Origin: an uncultured beta proteobacterium
GTDB lineage: Bacteria > Pseudomonadota > Gammaproteobacteria > Burkholderiales > Burkholderiaceae_C
Assembly: GCA_963726365.1 (NCBI GenBank)
Contig: CAVSCI010000021.1
Span: 42,136 to 106,135 of the forward strand
Direction of reading: 5' to 3'
DNA length: 64,000 nt
Every line of letters begins with the position of its first letter. Position 1 is the first letter of the stretch. This document shows, piece by piece, positions 8,827 through 17,684 of this stretch. Made by a program: the position numbers and the translations under genes. Under the pieces are notes generated by a model. That model ran no database searches. It was not told where the DNA came from and saw only the letters and a list, made by a program, of their open reading frames with translations.

Positions 8827-10443
8827 ATGCGGGTTTCAGGCCGGACGCATCGCGCGGGGCCAAGCGGCGCTACCGTGCTTTTTTTCCGGCGACTCTGCCT
8901 GATCTGCGCGGTGGCCCTGCTGGTTGGCTGTTCGACGCTGGCGCCCAAATCGGCCGTGGAGGTTGTTCAATCCCGGGCGATTCCGATCAGCGGCGACACC
9001 GCGCTGGGAAAGATCGCCCTGAATTCGATACCTTCGCCGGAACTGTCGGGGTTCCGGCTGATGCCCCTGGGCAGCTATTCCCTGGACACCCGTCTGGCGC
9101 TCGCCGCACGCGCGCAACGCACGCTGGACGTGCAGTACTACCACATCGAGAACGATGAAACCGGGCGCCTGTTCCTGCGCGCGCTGCGCGACGCCGCAGC
9201 GCGCGGCGTACGGGTGCGCCTGCTGATGGACGACTTCTACACCACCGGCATGGACACGCTGTTGCTCGGGCTGGCGGCACAGCCCAACCTTGAAATCCGG
9301 CTGTTCAATCCGTTTTGCTGCGCCCGCGAGCAGGGTCAGGCCACCCGATTCCTGGTGTCGCTGTCGGAGTGGTCGCGGGTCAATCACCGGATGCACAACA
9401 AACTGTTCGTGGCAGACGGGGCGATGGCCATTGTGGGTGGGCGCAACGTGGCCAATGAGTATTACCTGCGCGGCGCTTCAGACAATTTCATCGATCTGGA
9501 CGCCTTCACCGTGGGTCGTGTGGTGGCCGATCTGGCGGCCGTATTCGACGACTTCTGGCACAGCGACCCGGTGTATCCGCTGGGCCAGGTGGCGCAGTCC
9601 GACACATTGCCGGAGGACCTGCGCGCCTACTTTGACGCCGCGACCAGCCCGTCCACGACGCCTGCGCCGCCACCTCTGCTGCCCAATGATGTGCTCGGCT
9701 ACGGGCCGGTCCGCGAAGACCTGGACGCCGGACGGGTGGGCTTGATCTGGGGGGTCGCGCGGGTGCTGGCGGACGAACCCGACAAGGTGATGGGCGGCCT
9801 GGTGCTCGACAGCGTGACGTACAGCGTCTTCGACGAAGGCCGCAAGGCGCAAAAGGAAATGGTGATCTCGTCGCCTTACCTGATTCCCGGAAAATTCGGC
9901 AGCCTGCTGTTTCAGGAACTCAAGGAACGCAATGTGCGCGTGCAGATCCTCACCAACTCGCTGGCGTCCACGGACGAGCCGCTGGTCTACACCGGCTACA
10001 GCCGTCACCGCGAGAAGATGCTTCAGGACGGCGTGGATCTTTATGAACTCAGTTCTTCGCGGGTGCAGATGAACCGGCGGCATGGCATGACTTTTGGTTC
10101 TTCCACTGCGCGACTGCATGCCAAGCTCGTGGTGATCGACCGCAAGACGCTGTTCGTCGGTTCGATGAACCTCGATCCGCGTTCGGCCAATATCAATACC
10201 GAGATGGGGCTGGTCATCGAAAGCCCGCAACTCGCGCGTGAATTGCTGCGCGTCATCGACATCGACAAGCTGCAGAGCGCCTACCGGGTGCGCCTTGATG
10301 CCCGGGGCCAGTGCTGCGAGTGGTTGACATTCGATGAGGCCGGAGAGCGCGAGATGGTCCTGACCCAGACGCCCGACGCAACGTTCTGGCTCCGGTTCAA
10401 GACGCTGCTGCTGGCGCCCTTCGTGCCCGAGGAACTCCTTTAG
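8827..10443 (+). CDS. phospholipase D / cardiolipin-synthase-family lipoprotein (two HKD motifs)
   Basis: Lipobox LLVGCS. Two HKD motifs, HRMHNKLFVADG and LHAKLVVIDRKTLFVGSMNLD. The start is ambiguous (ATG 8734, 8788 or 8827); 8827 precedes the signal peptide. Confidence 0.8.
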   Translation: MRVSGRTHRAGPSGATVLFFRRLCLICAVALLVGCSTLAPKSAVEVVQSRAIPISGDTALGKIALNSIPSPELSGFRLMPLGSYSLDTRLALAARAQRTLDVQYYHIENDETGRLFLRALRDAAARGVRVRLLMDDFYTTGMDTLLLGLAAQPNLEIRLFNPFCCAREQGQATRFLVSLSEWSRVNHRMHNKLFVADGAMAIVGGRNVANEYYLRGASDNFIDLDAFTVGRVVADLAAVFDDFWHSDPVYPLGQVAQSDTLPEDLRAYFDAATSPSTTPAPPPLLPNDVLGYGPVREDLDAGRVGLIWGVARVLADEPDKVMGGLVLDSVTYSVFDEGRKAQKEMVISSPYLIPGKFGSLLFQELKERNVRVQILTNSLASTDEPLVYTGYSRHREKMLQDGVDLYELSSSRVQMNRRHGMTFGSSTARLHAKLVVIDRKTLFVGSMNLDPRSANINTEMGLVIESPQLARELLRVIDIDKLQSAYRVRLDARGQCCEWLTFDEAGEREMVLTQTPDATFWLRFKTLLLAPFVPEELL

Positions 10444-10446
10444 GCA

Positions 10447-10698
10447 TTGACTGAACAACCAATGAATGCTACAAAAATAGAAGCTGCAAAAGTCCGGGTG
10501 GTACTGGGAATGGCGGGAAATATGCCCTCACCCTGCATTTCGGTGTGCCGCATGGATGAGGCCAGCGGCCTTTGCGAAGGCTGCTTGCGCACGCTCGATG
10601 AAATTGCGTGCTGGAGCACCCTGGGCGAAACCAGCAAGCGCGAGGTCTGGTCATCGATAGGCCGGCGGATCGCCAGCCAGGAGGGCTCAAAGCCATGA
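10447..10698 (+). CDS. DUF1289-like small Cys-rich protein
   Basis: Contains SPCISVCRMDEASGLCEGCLRTLDEIACW, the Cys pattern I associate with DUF1289 proteins. The start is uncertain (an internal ATG at MAGNMPSPC is possible). Confidence 0.6.
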   Translation: MTEQPMNATKIEAAKVRVVLGMAGNMPSPCISVCRMDEASGLCEGCLRTLDEIACWSTLGETSKREVWSSIGRRIASQEGSKP

Positions 10699-11342
10699 AA
10701 GAGATTGATTTCTATCTCGACTTCATTTCGCCCTATGCCTATCTGGCGTTCGAAAAATTGCCCGAAGCTTTGATGGGCATCAGCTACCGCGTGACGCACA
10801 AGCCGGTGTTGTTTGCCGGCCTGCTCAAGCACCATGGGCAACTGGGCCCGGCCGAGATTGCGCCCAAACGCGACTGGACCTACCGGCAGGTCCTGTGGTT
10901 GGCCCACAGCCAGGGCATTGAACTGCAGATGCCGGCCAGCCACCCGTTCAACCCCTTGGCCTTGCTGCGACTGGCCGTGGCCTGTGACGCGCGCAATGAG
11001 CCGAATCGCTATGTCTGCGAAACCATCTTTCGCCATGTCTGGCGGGGTGGTGGGGAAGCCGTGGACCCGGCGCGCCTGCAAGCCTTGACCGCTCTGCTCG
11101 CTCCGGCGCGGCCGGTTGACGATCCGGCGGTCAAGGAAGGTCTGAAGGCGCACACCGCAGCGGCGCTGGCCTTGGGGCTGTTCGGTGTGCCTTCGTTCGT
11201 GGTGGACGGCAAGGTGTTCTGGGGCTTCGATGCCCTGCCCATGCTGCGCGCGTACCTGCTGGGCGATCCGTGGTTTCAGGGCGGCGGGTGGGACTCGGTT
11301 TCCCGCGTCTGTGTGGGCGTGGCCAGAACGGCCCCCCGGTAG
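10695..11342 (+). CDS. 2-hydroxychromene-2-carboxylate isomerase / DsbA-like thioredoxin-fold protein
   Basis: Start MKEIDFYLDFISPYAYLAF (ATGA overlap with the upstream stop). C-terminal GVPSFVVDGKVFWGFD is typical of the HCCA isomerase/DsbA family. Confidence 0.8.
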   Translation: MKEIDFYLDFISPYAYLAFEKLPEALMGISYRVTHKPVLFAGLLKHHGQLGPAEIAPKRDWTYRQVLWLAHSQGIELQMPASHPFNPLALLRLAVACDARNEPNRYVCETIFRHVWRGGGEAVDPARLQALTALLAPARPVDDPAVKEGLKAHTAAALALGLFGVPSFVVDGKVFWGFDALPMLRAYLLGDPWFQGGGWDSVSRVCVGVARTAPR

Positions 11343-11352
11343 GGCGCTGTGT

Positions 11353-12006
11353 TCACCCGGCCCGCGCGAGCCAGCGGTGTTGCGCGGCCAGGCGCTGCAC
11401 ATCGCGCCAGTTCGCGCATTGGGGGGCCACTTTTGGCCAGATGCGCTGCAGGAGTTCGCACTCAGCCAGGGTGTCCGCGGCCGCCTGGTGGCGCACAGCG
11501 CAGTGGATACCGAAATGGTTCATCCAGTCGTCCAGCGCACGGGCGCGCACCTTCTCGTAAGTGACCGCGCACAGATGGTCGATGTCCAGCCACGGGTTGG
11601 GCAGATCCGCGCCCAGGTGCTCGCGTGCGTACCGGCCGATCATGGCCTGATCGAAGGCGGCATGAAAGGCCAGCAAGGGTGCGTTGCCTGCATAGTCGGC
11701 AAAGGCGCGCAGCGCGATGACGGGATTCTGGCCATCACGCTGCTTCTGCGCGCCGATGCCGTGCAGGAGGATGTTGTCCTTGGTGGAGGTCTCGTCCTGC
11801 CGCACGACCACTTCGAAACTGTCACCCAGATCCACGCTCAGTGTCCGGGTGGACCAATCCACCCGCAGGGCAATGGCAGCAATCGCCAGCAGGCGGTCGC
11901 GCCGGATATCGAGGCCGCTGGTCTCCACGTCCAGCATCACCCAGCGCGCTTCGTCCACCGGCGCGCCGCGTGCAAACCGGCCCTGCAAACGATTCAGCCA
12001 GCCCAT
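11353..12006 (-). CDS. stand-alone DEDDh 3'-5' exonuclease (DnaQ/epsilon-like)
   Basis: 217 aa. Exo motifs WVMLDVETSGLD, AFHAAFDQAMI and HQAAADT. It lies 6 nt downstream of the DUF294 gene on the same strand. Confidence 0.85.
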   Translation of the reverse strand: MGWLNRLQGRFARGAPVDEARWVMLDVETSGLDIRRDRLLAIAAIALRVDWSTRTLSVDLGDSFEVVVRQDETSTKDNILLHGIGAQKQRDGQNPVIALRAFADYAGNAPLLAFHAAFDQAMIGRYAREHLGADLPNPWLDIDHLCAVTYEKVRARALDDWMNHFGIHCAVRHQAAADTLAECELLQRIWPKVAPQCANWRDVQRLAAQHRWLARAG

Positions 12007-12012
12007 GGTGGT

Positions 12013-13926
12013 TTAGCGCTGGTAGTCCAGCTGCAGACGCTGCTGCAACTGCCGCGCCACGCGAAATGATTCACGCAGGATGCGGCGGTCGATGTCGTTG
12101 AGGGTGGCCACGACGATACGATTCGGCGCATCCGGGAGCGCTTCGCCGTCGAGCTGGATGCGCAGACGCAGCATCTGCAGGAACTCGAAGCCGCCCACCC
12201 AGGCACCAAACTCTGTGTCAGCGAGTTTCAGGAGCGGCCCGATCGCCTCCAGCCGCATTCGGGTATTGGTCTGGTCGATGCCATGCGCCAGGCTGTAGAT
12301 GCGCGCAGCATCCACAAAAATTGCGGTGCCTTGCAGTTTCAGGTCCACGGTGCCCTGGGCATCGGTGTCGACGGCGCCCCGCCAGTTCAGCGGGACGCTG
12401 CGGGTGAGTGCGTTCAGTGCCATCTGCTTGAGAAAGCGCGGGGTTTGCCGGGCCGTCTGGACGACCTCCTGGCGCAAAGCCTGCGCCAGCGATGCGTCGC
12501 CGGCCAGGGCGCGGAAATCAAAATAGATGCTGGCGTTCAGCAGGTCTTGAGGTGAACCCTGTGCAATCCATTGCCGGAAGCGCTCACGCCATTGCGCCAG
12601 GGTAAGGCAGCAGGCGGCTTCACCGGCCATGATGCCGCCGTGGCACAGCGGGTAGCCGCAGGCATCCAGCGCCAGATTCACCTCGCGGGCAAAAGCCCGG
12701 ATCGATTCACGCGATTCGGCAGGCGTGTCGTCGGGCAGGATCAGGGCGTTGTCCTGGTCGGTGGCGATGGTTTGCTCGTCCCGGCCTTCCGAGCCCAGTG
12801 ACAGCCAGCACAGCCGGTTGAGGTCCACACCATGTTCGCTGGCCTTGATCTGAAGCAGGCGCTCGGTCAGCACGTCGTTCAGATGGCTGATCAGCGAGGT
12901 GAGCTGACGCGCCTGCACGCCCTGGCCGAGCAGGCTGCGTGCCAGCCGGCGAATGTCCTGGGCGGCCCGCTTGAGGGCGTCGATGTCCGGCGCGGCACGG
13001 ATGGCCGTGCTGACGTTCTTCAGGCTCTGTTTTTGCATCGCAAACAGGTCGCGTTCCGACACCATACCCACCGCCACGCCATTGCGCGTGACCGGCACGT
13101 GGCGCATGCCGTGCTGGGACATCAGCAGCGCCGCATCCTGTGCCGTATGGTCCGCTGTCAGCGTCAGCACGGGATGAACCATGACCTGGGAAATCGGTGC
13201 ATCCAGCGGCACCTGGGCCAGCGTGATGCGGCCCAGGATGTCGTAGCGCGTCAGGATGCCGGTCGGCTGCCCGGCGGGATCGGTCACCAGGATCGAACCA
13301 ATGCGCTTCTGGTGCATTGCCTGCAAGGCCTCACGCAGCGGTGTGTCGGGGGCGCAAGTGACGGGGGCCTTGTCCACCAGTTCGCCAAGCGGCTTGTCCA
13401 GCGACTGCGCGGTCATCGAATGCGAGGCGTAGGCGGCCTGCAAGGCCTTGCGCGAGAGTTCCAGAAACTTGGTGGTCCGCAGGTTGAGAAACTCGGCAAA
13501 GGCCGGGCTGCGTTGCGCCAGAGCCTGCATGTGCGCGACCGGCAGGGCCAGCACGAAGGTGTCGCCACTGGCACGGTAGGATGCCGTCACGGCGCGCCCT
13601 GCCAGGGCCGCGCTCACCGGAAACAGATCACCGGCTTCATACTCGAATGCACCCCCCATTTGCTCGGCCAGCCCCTTAGTGCCGGTGACGGCCCCCTGGC
13701 GGATATAGAAAAGCTGTGACACCACGCCGGAGGCGGGCTCCAGGAGCGTTTCGTCGGGCGCAAAGTAGAGCTGCTGGGCGTGGGAAAGGAAGAAGTCCAC
13801 ATCCTGCGGTGCCATCTGGGCAAAGGGCGGGTGCGGCAGGAGTTCCTGCCGGAAGTTGGCAAACAGGCTGCCAGAAGGACTTGAATCCGGGCTTCGAGGC
13901 GAGGGATTGACGGCATGTTGAGACAT
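12013..13926 (-). CDS. cyclic-nucleotide-binding-like / tandem CBS / DUF294 putative nucleotidyltransferase signalling protein
   Basis: 637 aa. The N-terminal cNMP-binding-like region (LFYIRQGAV) is followed by two CBS-like segments (MRHVPVTRNGVAVGMVSERDL). The nucleotidyltransferase core is GSEGRDEQTIATDQDNALIL, with a helical C-terminal domain. Confidence 0.9.
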   Translation of the reverse strand: MSQHAVNPSPRSPDSSPSGSLFANFRQELLPHPPFAQMAPQDVDFFLSHAQQLYFAPDETLLEPASGVVSQLFYIRQGAVTGTKGLAEQMGGAFEYEAGDLFPVSAALAGRAVTASYRASGDTFVLALPVAHMQALAQRSPAFAEFLNLRTTKFLELSRKALQAAYASHSMTAQSLDKPLGELVDKAPVTCAPDTPLREALQAMHQKRIGSILVTDPAGQPTGILTRYDILGRITLAQVPLDAPISQVMVHPVLTLTADHTAQDAALLMSQHGMRHVPVTRNGVAVGMVSERDLFAMQKQSLKNVSTAIRAAPDIDALKRAAQDIRRLARSLLGQGVQARQLTSLISHLNDVLTERLLQIKASEHGVDLNRLCWLSLGSEGRDEQTIATDQDNALILPDDTPAESRESIRAFAREVNLALDACGYPLCHGGIMAGEAACCLTLAQWRERFRQWIAQGSPQDLLNASIYFDFRALAGDASLAQALRQEVVQTARQTPRFLKQMALNALTRSVPLNWRGAVDTDAQGTVDLKLQGTAIFVDAARIYSLAHGIDQTNTRMRLEAIGPLLKLADTEFGAWVGGFEFLQMLRLRIQLDGEALPDAPNRIVVATLNDIDRRILRESFRVARQLQQRLQLDYQR

Positions 13927-14180
13927 GGAGCCAGTCTAGCCTTTGACGACCCGGCCACAACGCCCTGCCGGCGATTACGGCCGGAACCCGGGAACAATGA
14001 AGCGATAGGACTTTCCCTAGGTGGCGCCTTACAACCGGCCATTTTTTGCAATGCAAAAAAATGGTCAAGGGTTTCCGTGAATTTTGTAAGACTTCGTTCA
14101 GGCAGGAGTCAGGATTCGGTCAGACGAGGTCACGACATTGCAGCCACTACGTAGTTTCGCGTGGGAAAGAATCCAAACAG

Positions 14181-14477
14181 ATGTTGTTGCTTGTCGTCAT
14201 TTTGAAGAGCCTGATCGAGTTGTCGCTGATGTTCATCATCGGGCGCTTTCTGCTGGGTTTGCTGGCCGGCGCCAAGCGCAGCACGAACGTTTTCTGGCAA
14301 CTGCTCGACGTTGCCGCCAAGCCGGTCCTGTGGATCACCCGGCGGGTCAGCCCGAAGCTGATTCTGGACCAGCACATTCCCCTGGCAGCTGCCAGCTGGT
14401 TGTTGATTGCCTGGGTGCTGGTGGTGAAAGTGAAGATTGATCTTTGCCTGCAAATGGGAGCTGCCGCATGTCAGTGA
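14181..14477 (+). CDS. small integral membrane protein, function unknown
   Basis: 98 aa from ATG 14181 (GGGAAAGA upstream) with two or three hydrophobic helices. The upstream part of the listed ORF lies in an AT-richer intergenic region. Confidence 0.45.
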   Translation: MLLLVVILKSLIELSLMFIIGRFLLGLLAGAKRSTNVFWQLLDVAAKPVLWITRRVSPKLILDQHIPLAAASWLLIAWVLVVKVKIDLCLQMGAAACQ

Positions 14478-15079
14478 ATCCGGGTCAGGGCCATGCTGTG
14501 GGGGCGCCCACGCTGGGACGGTTCGAGCGTTTCCTGCTGGTCTGGAAAGCCAAGATCCTGTTGCTGTTCGGGCTGCAGGCGCGCGCCAATGAGGTCTTCG
14601 AGGACATTCTTCGTCGCTCGCCGCAGGACGTCTATGCGCTCAACAGCCTGGGCTACGCGGCCTTGCAGCGGGGCGAATCGGGGACTGCTTACCGGTATTT
14701 TGAACAGGTGCGCAACCTGAGCCCGCAGTTGTCCAACGCCCATTTCAATCTGGCCTTCGTGGCCGAGTCGCTGGGTCGCCTGGACGAGGCCGAGCAGGGC
14801 TTTCGCGCGGCTCTGGCGATCGAGGAAAAGATGGACCGGGCCTGGTATGGCCTGGGTCTGGTGCTGGTGCGTCAGGGCCGTTTGCCGGAAGCCCTGGCTG
14901 CCCTCAAGCGAAACACAAGCCTGCAACCGATGAGCCCCTTTGGCTGGTACCAGATGGCGCGGGTGCACGTGGAGTTGCAGCAACCCGACGAGGCCAAGGC
15001 GGTGATCCGGCACCTCAAAGGCTTCGAGCCCAAGGTGGCGGCACAGCTCGAGCGTGAAACCGGCCTGCGACCGGTGTAA
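14468..15079 (+). CDS. tetratricopeptide-repeat (TPR) protein
   Basis: Repeated A-x-x-x-Y/F...A...P patterns (ALNSLGYAALQRGESGTAYRYFEQVRNLSP; NLAFVAESLGRLDEAEQGFRAALAI; GLGLVLVRQGRLPEALAALKRN). The start overlaps the previous ORF by 10 nt. Confidence 0.7.
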   Translation: MSVNPGQGHAVGAPTLGRFERFLLVWKAKILLLFGLQARANEVFEDILRRSPQDVYALNSLGYAALQRGESGTAYRYFEQVRNLSPQLSNAHFNLAFVAESLGRLDEAEQGFRAALAIEEKMDRAWYGLGLVLVRQGRLPEALAALKRNTSLQPMSPFGWYQMARVHVELQQPDEAKAVIRHLKGFEPKVAAQLERETGLRPV

Positions 15080-15193
15080 GGCGTATTTCAACAGGGTTTT
15101 GTTGGTGAGTGGTGGTGGCCCATTTCAAGCCGCGCCGGCCTGACAAGGCTGATTCGGTTCGGGATGGTTCTTTTTAACAATGAGGAGCAAGCG

Positions 15194-15454
15194 ATGCAAC
15201 TGACAGCAAAGCACCAGGAGTACTGGCGCAAAAACCTGCGAATAACCGGGATCCTTCTGGGCATCTGGTTTCTCGTGACCTTCGTCCTGGTGTATTTCGC
15301 CAAGGCCCTGACCTTCAAATTCTTCGGCTGGCCATTCTCGTTCTGGGTGGCTGCCCAGGGTGCGCTGGTGGTGTACTGCCTGATCATCTGGTACTACGCG
15401 CGCTACATGAACAACCTTGACAACGAATACGGCGTGGCCGAAGGAGAAGAATAA
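15194..15454 (+). CDS. DUF4212-type small subunit of a sodium:solute symporter
   Basis: MQLTAKHQEYWRKNLRI... with two TM helices and a GAGGAG RBS. The stop overlaps the start of the large symporter (TAATG). This pairing is typical of VC_2705-type symporters, from memory of the TIGRFAM descriptions. Confidence 0.85.
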   Translation: MQLTAKHQEYWRKNLRITGILLGIWFLVTFVLVYFAKALTFKFFGWPFSFWVAAQGALVVYCLIIWYYARYMNNLDNEYGVAEGEE

Positions 15455-17574
15455 TGGGCATGTTCGGCGGTGCTGCAAATCAGTCGCAAAGCGACTTCAA
15501 GAAGGGCCTGAACAAGGTCTACACCTGGTACACAGGGGGCTTCATTGCCTTCGTGATCATCGTCGCCATTCTGGAGCAGATGGGCCTGTCCCGCGCCTGG
15601 ATCGGCTACCTGTTCCTGGCGGCCACGGTGCTGCTCTATGCCGGTATCGGCGTCATGAGCCGGACCAGCGACGCGGCCGAATACTATGTGGCCGGGCGCC
15701 GTGTGCCCGCCATGTACAACGGCATGGCGACCGGGGCAGACTGGATGTCGGCGGCGTCCTTCATCGGCATGGCCGGCACGCTGTACCTGACCGGCTTTGG
15801 CGGCCTGGCCTTCATTCTGGGCTGGACCGGTGGCTACTGTCTGGTGGCGCTGTTCCTCGCGCCCTACCTGCGCAAGTTCGGCCAGTTCACGATCCCCGAC
15901 TTCCTGGGGGCACGTTTTGAGGGCAATCTGCCGCGCATCATCGGGGTTTTCGGCGCCATCCTCTGCTCGTTCACCTATGTGGTGGCGCAGGTTTATGGCG
16001 TCGGCTTGATCACCACGCGCCTGACCGGTCTGGCCTTCGAGGTCGGTATCTTTGCCGGCCTGGCCGGCATTCTGGTCTGCTCGTTCCTGGGCGGCATGCG
16101 TGCGGTGACCTGGACCCAGGTGGCCCAGTACGTGATCCTGATCATTGCGTACCTGCTGCCGGTGGTCTGGCTGTCGGTCAAGCACACCGGTGTGCCGATT
16201 CCCCAGGCGGTTTACGGCTTCACCCTGGAGAAGGTCACGGCCAAGGAAGAACTGCTGATCAAGGACCCCAAGGAGCTGGAAGTTCGCGGCATCTTCAAGG
16301 CGCGCTCCGACGCGGCGGTCGAGAAGCTCAAGGACGTGCCTGCTGCCATGGCCGCTGACAAGGCCGCTGCGCAGAAGAAGGTGGACGACCTGAAGGCGGC
16401 CAATGGCCCGGTCGCCGAGATCAAGGCGGCCGAAGCTGCCCTGGCCGCGCTGCCCAAGGATGAAACCGCGGCCAAGGCCGCCTACACGGCGGCGCGGGTC
16501 AGCAATGCGGCCCGTTCTGCGCCACCGATCCGCCATGCCACGCCTTTCCCGGGCAAGGACGAGGCGGCCAGCGACATCTCGCGCAAGAACTTCCTGGCAC
16601 TGGTGTTCTGCCTGATGATCGGCACGGCGGCCCTGCCCCACATCCTGATGCGCTACTACACCACGCCGTCAGTGAAGGAAGCCCGTGAATCGGTGAGCTG
16701 GTCGTTGTTCTTCATCTTCCTGCTCTACTTCACGGCCCCGGCCCTGGCGGTGCTGGCCAAGTTCGAGGTCTACACGGTTCTGGTGGGGACGCCGTTTGAC
16801 CAGCTGCCGGGCTGGATCGCACGGTGGGCAGCGGTCGACTCGACCCTGTTGTCCGTGGTGGACGTCAACAAGGACGGCATCCTGCAACTGGCTGAGCTCT
16901 CCATCGGCGGCGACATCATCGTGCTGGCGACGCCGGAAATTGGCGGCCTGCCTTACGTGGTGTCCGGCATGGTCGCCGCAGGCGGTCTGGCGGCGGCGCT
17001 GTCCACGGCCGACGGCCTGCTGCTGACGATCGCCAACGCGCTGTCGCACGACCTGTACTACAAGATCCTGGACCCGAATGCCTCCACCGCGCGTCGTGTG
17101 ATGGTCTCCAAGATGCTGCTGCTGGTGGTGGCCCTGGCTGCGGCCTACGTGGCGGCGCAGAAACCGGCGGACATCCTGTTCCTGGTGTCTGCGGCGTTCT
17201 CGTTTGCGGCGGCCACGTTCTTCCCGCCACTTACGCTGGGCATTTTCTGGAAGCGTGCCAACAAGTGGGGTGCGTCGCTGGGCATGATCGCCGGCCTGGG
17301 CGTCACCTTCTACTACATGGTGACCACCCAGCCCTGGCTCTACAAGCTGACGCACGGCGGTGCCGCGTTGACCCCGGAGGTCCTCAAGGCCAATACCTGG
17401 TGGGACATTGCGCCGATTTCGGCCGGCCTGTTCGGCGTGCCGGTGGGCTTTGCGGTGATCATCATCGTGTCGCTGCTGACCAAGGCGCCGGGCAAGGAGA
17501 TTCAGGAACTGGTGGAGCATGTGCGCTTCCCCAGCCTGGACGGAAAGGTCTCAGCCGGCAGCGCAGCGCACTAA
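15454..17574 (+). CDS. sodium:solute symporter family transporter (VC_2705/ActP-like large subunit) with a long hydrophilic insertion
   Basis: 706 aa, multi-TM, with SSS-like segments (YYVAGRRVPAMYNGMATGADWMSAASFIGMAG). An Ala/Lys-rich hydrophilic stretch of about 120 aa (nt 16225-16587) sits between membrane halves. Confidence 0.9.
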   Translation: MGMFGGAANQSQSDFKKGLNKVYTWYTGGFIAFVIIVAILEQMGLSRAWIGYLFLAATVLLYAGIGVMSRTSDAAEYYVAGRRVPAMYNGMATGADWMSAASFIGMAGTLYLTGFGGLAFILGWTGGYCLVALFLAPYLRKFGQFTIPDFLGARFEGNLPRIIGVFGAILCSFTYVVAQVYGVGLITTRLTGLAFEVGIFAGLAGILVCSFLGGMRAVTWTQVAQYVILIIAYLLPVVWLSVKHTGVPIPQAVYGFTLEKVTAKEELLIKDPKELEVRGIFKARSDAAVEKLKDVPAAMAADKAAAQKKVDDLKAANGPVAEIKAAEAALAALPKDETAAKAAYTAARVSNAARSAPPIRHATPFPGKDEAASDISRKNFLALVFCLMIGTAALPHILMRYYTTPSVKEARESVSWSLFFIFLLYFTAPALAVLAKFEVYTVLVGTPFDQLPGWIARWAAVDSTLLSVVDVNKDGILQLAELSIGGDIIVLATPEIGGLPYVVSGMVAAGGLAAALSTADGLLLTIANALSHDLYYKILDPNASTARRVMVSKMLLLVVALAAAYVAAQKPADILFLVSAAFSFAAATFFPPLTLGIFWKRANKWGASLGMIAGLGVTFYYMVTTQPWLYKLTHGGAALTPEVLKANTWWDIAPISAGLFGVPVGFAVIIIVSLLTKAPGKEIQELVEHVRFPSLDGKVSAGSAAH

Positions 17575-17589
17575 GGGCTGACTGACAAC

Positions 17590-17624
17590 AAAACCCCCCG
17601 TCACCTCAGGTGACGGGGGGTTTT
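17590..17624. terminator. bidirectional rho-independent terminator
   Basis: AAAA-CCCCCCGTCACC-TCA-GGTGACGGGGGG-TTTT: a perfect 12-bp GC-rich stem flanked by A and T tracts, between convergent genes. Confidence 0.9.
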
Positions 17625-17684
17625 CTTATGTGCCTGCGTGGCGGTGTTGTTGGCCGCGACGCAGCGATGTGACTTGGGGCGGCC

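Noticed and set aside
14037-14049. Possible sigma-54 promoter (GG-N-GC) overlapping the AT-rich palindrome
   Set aside because: The GG-to-GC spacing is one base short of the TGGCAC-N5-TTGC consensus, and the flanking bases do not match.
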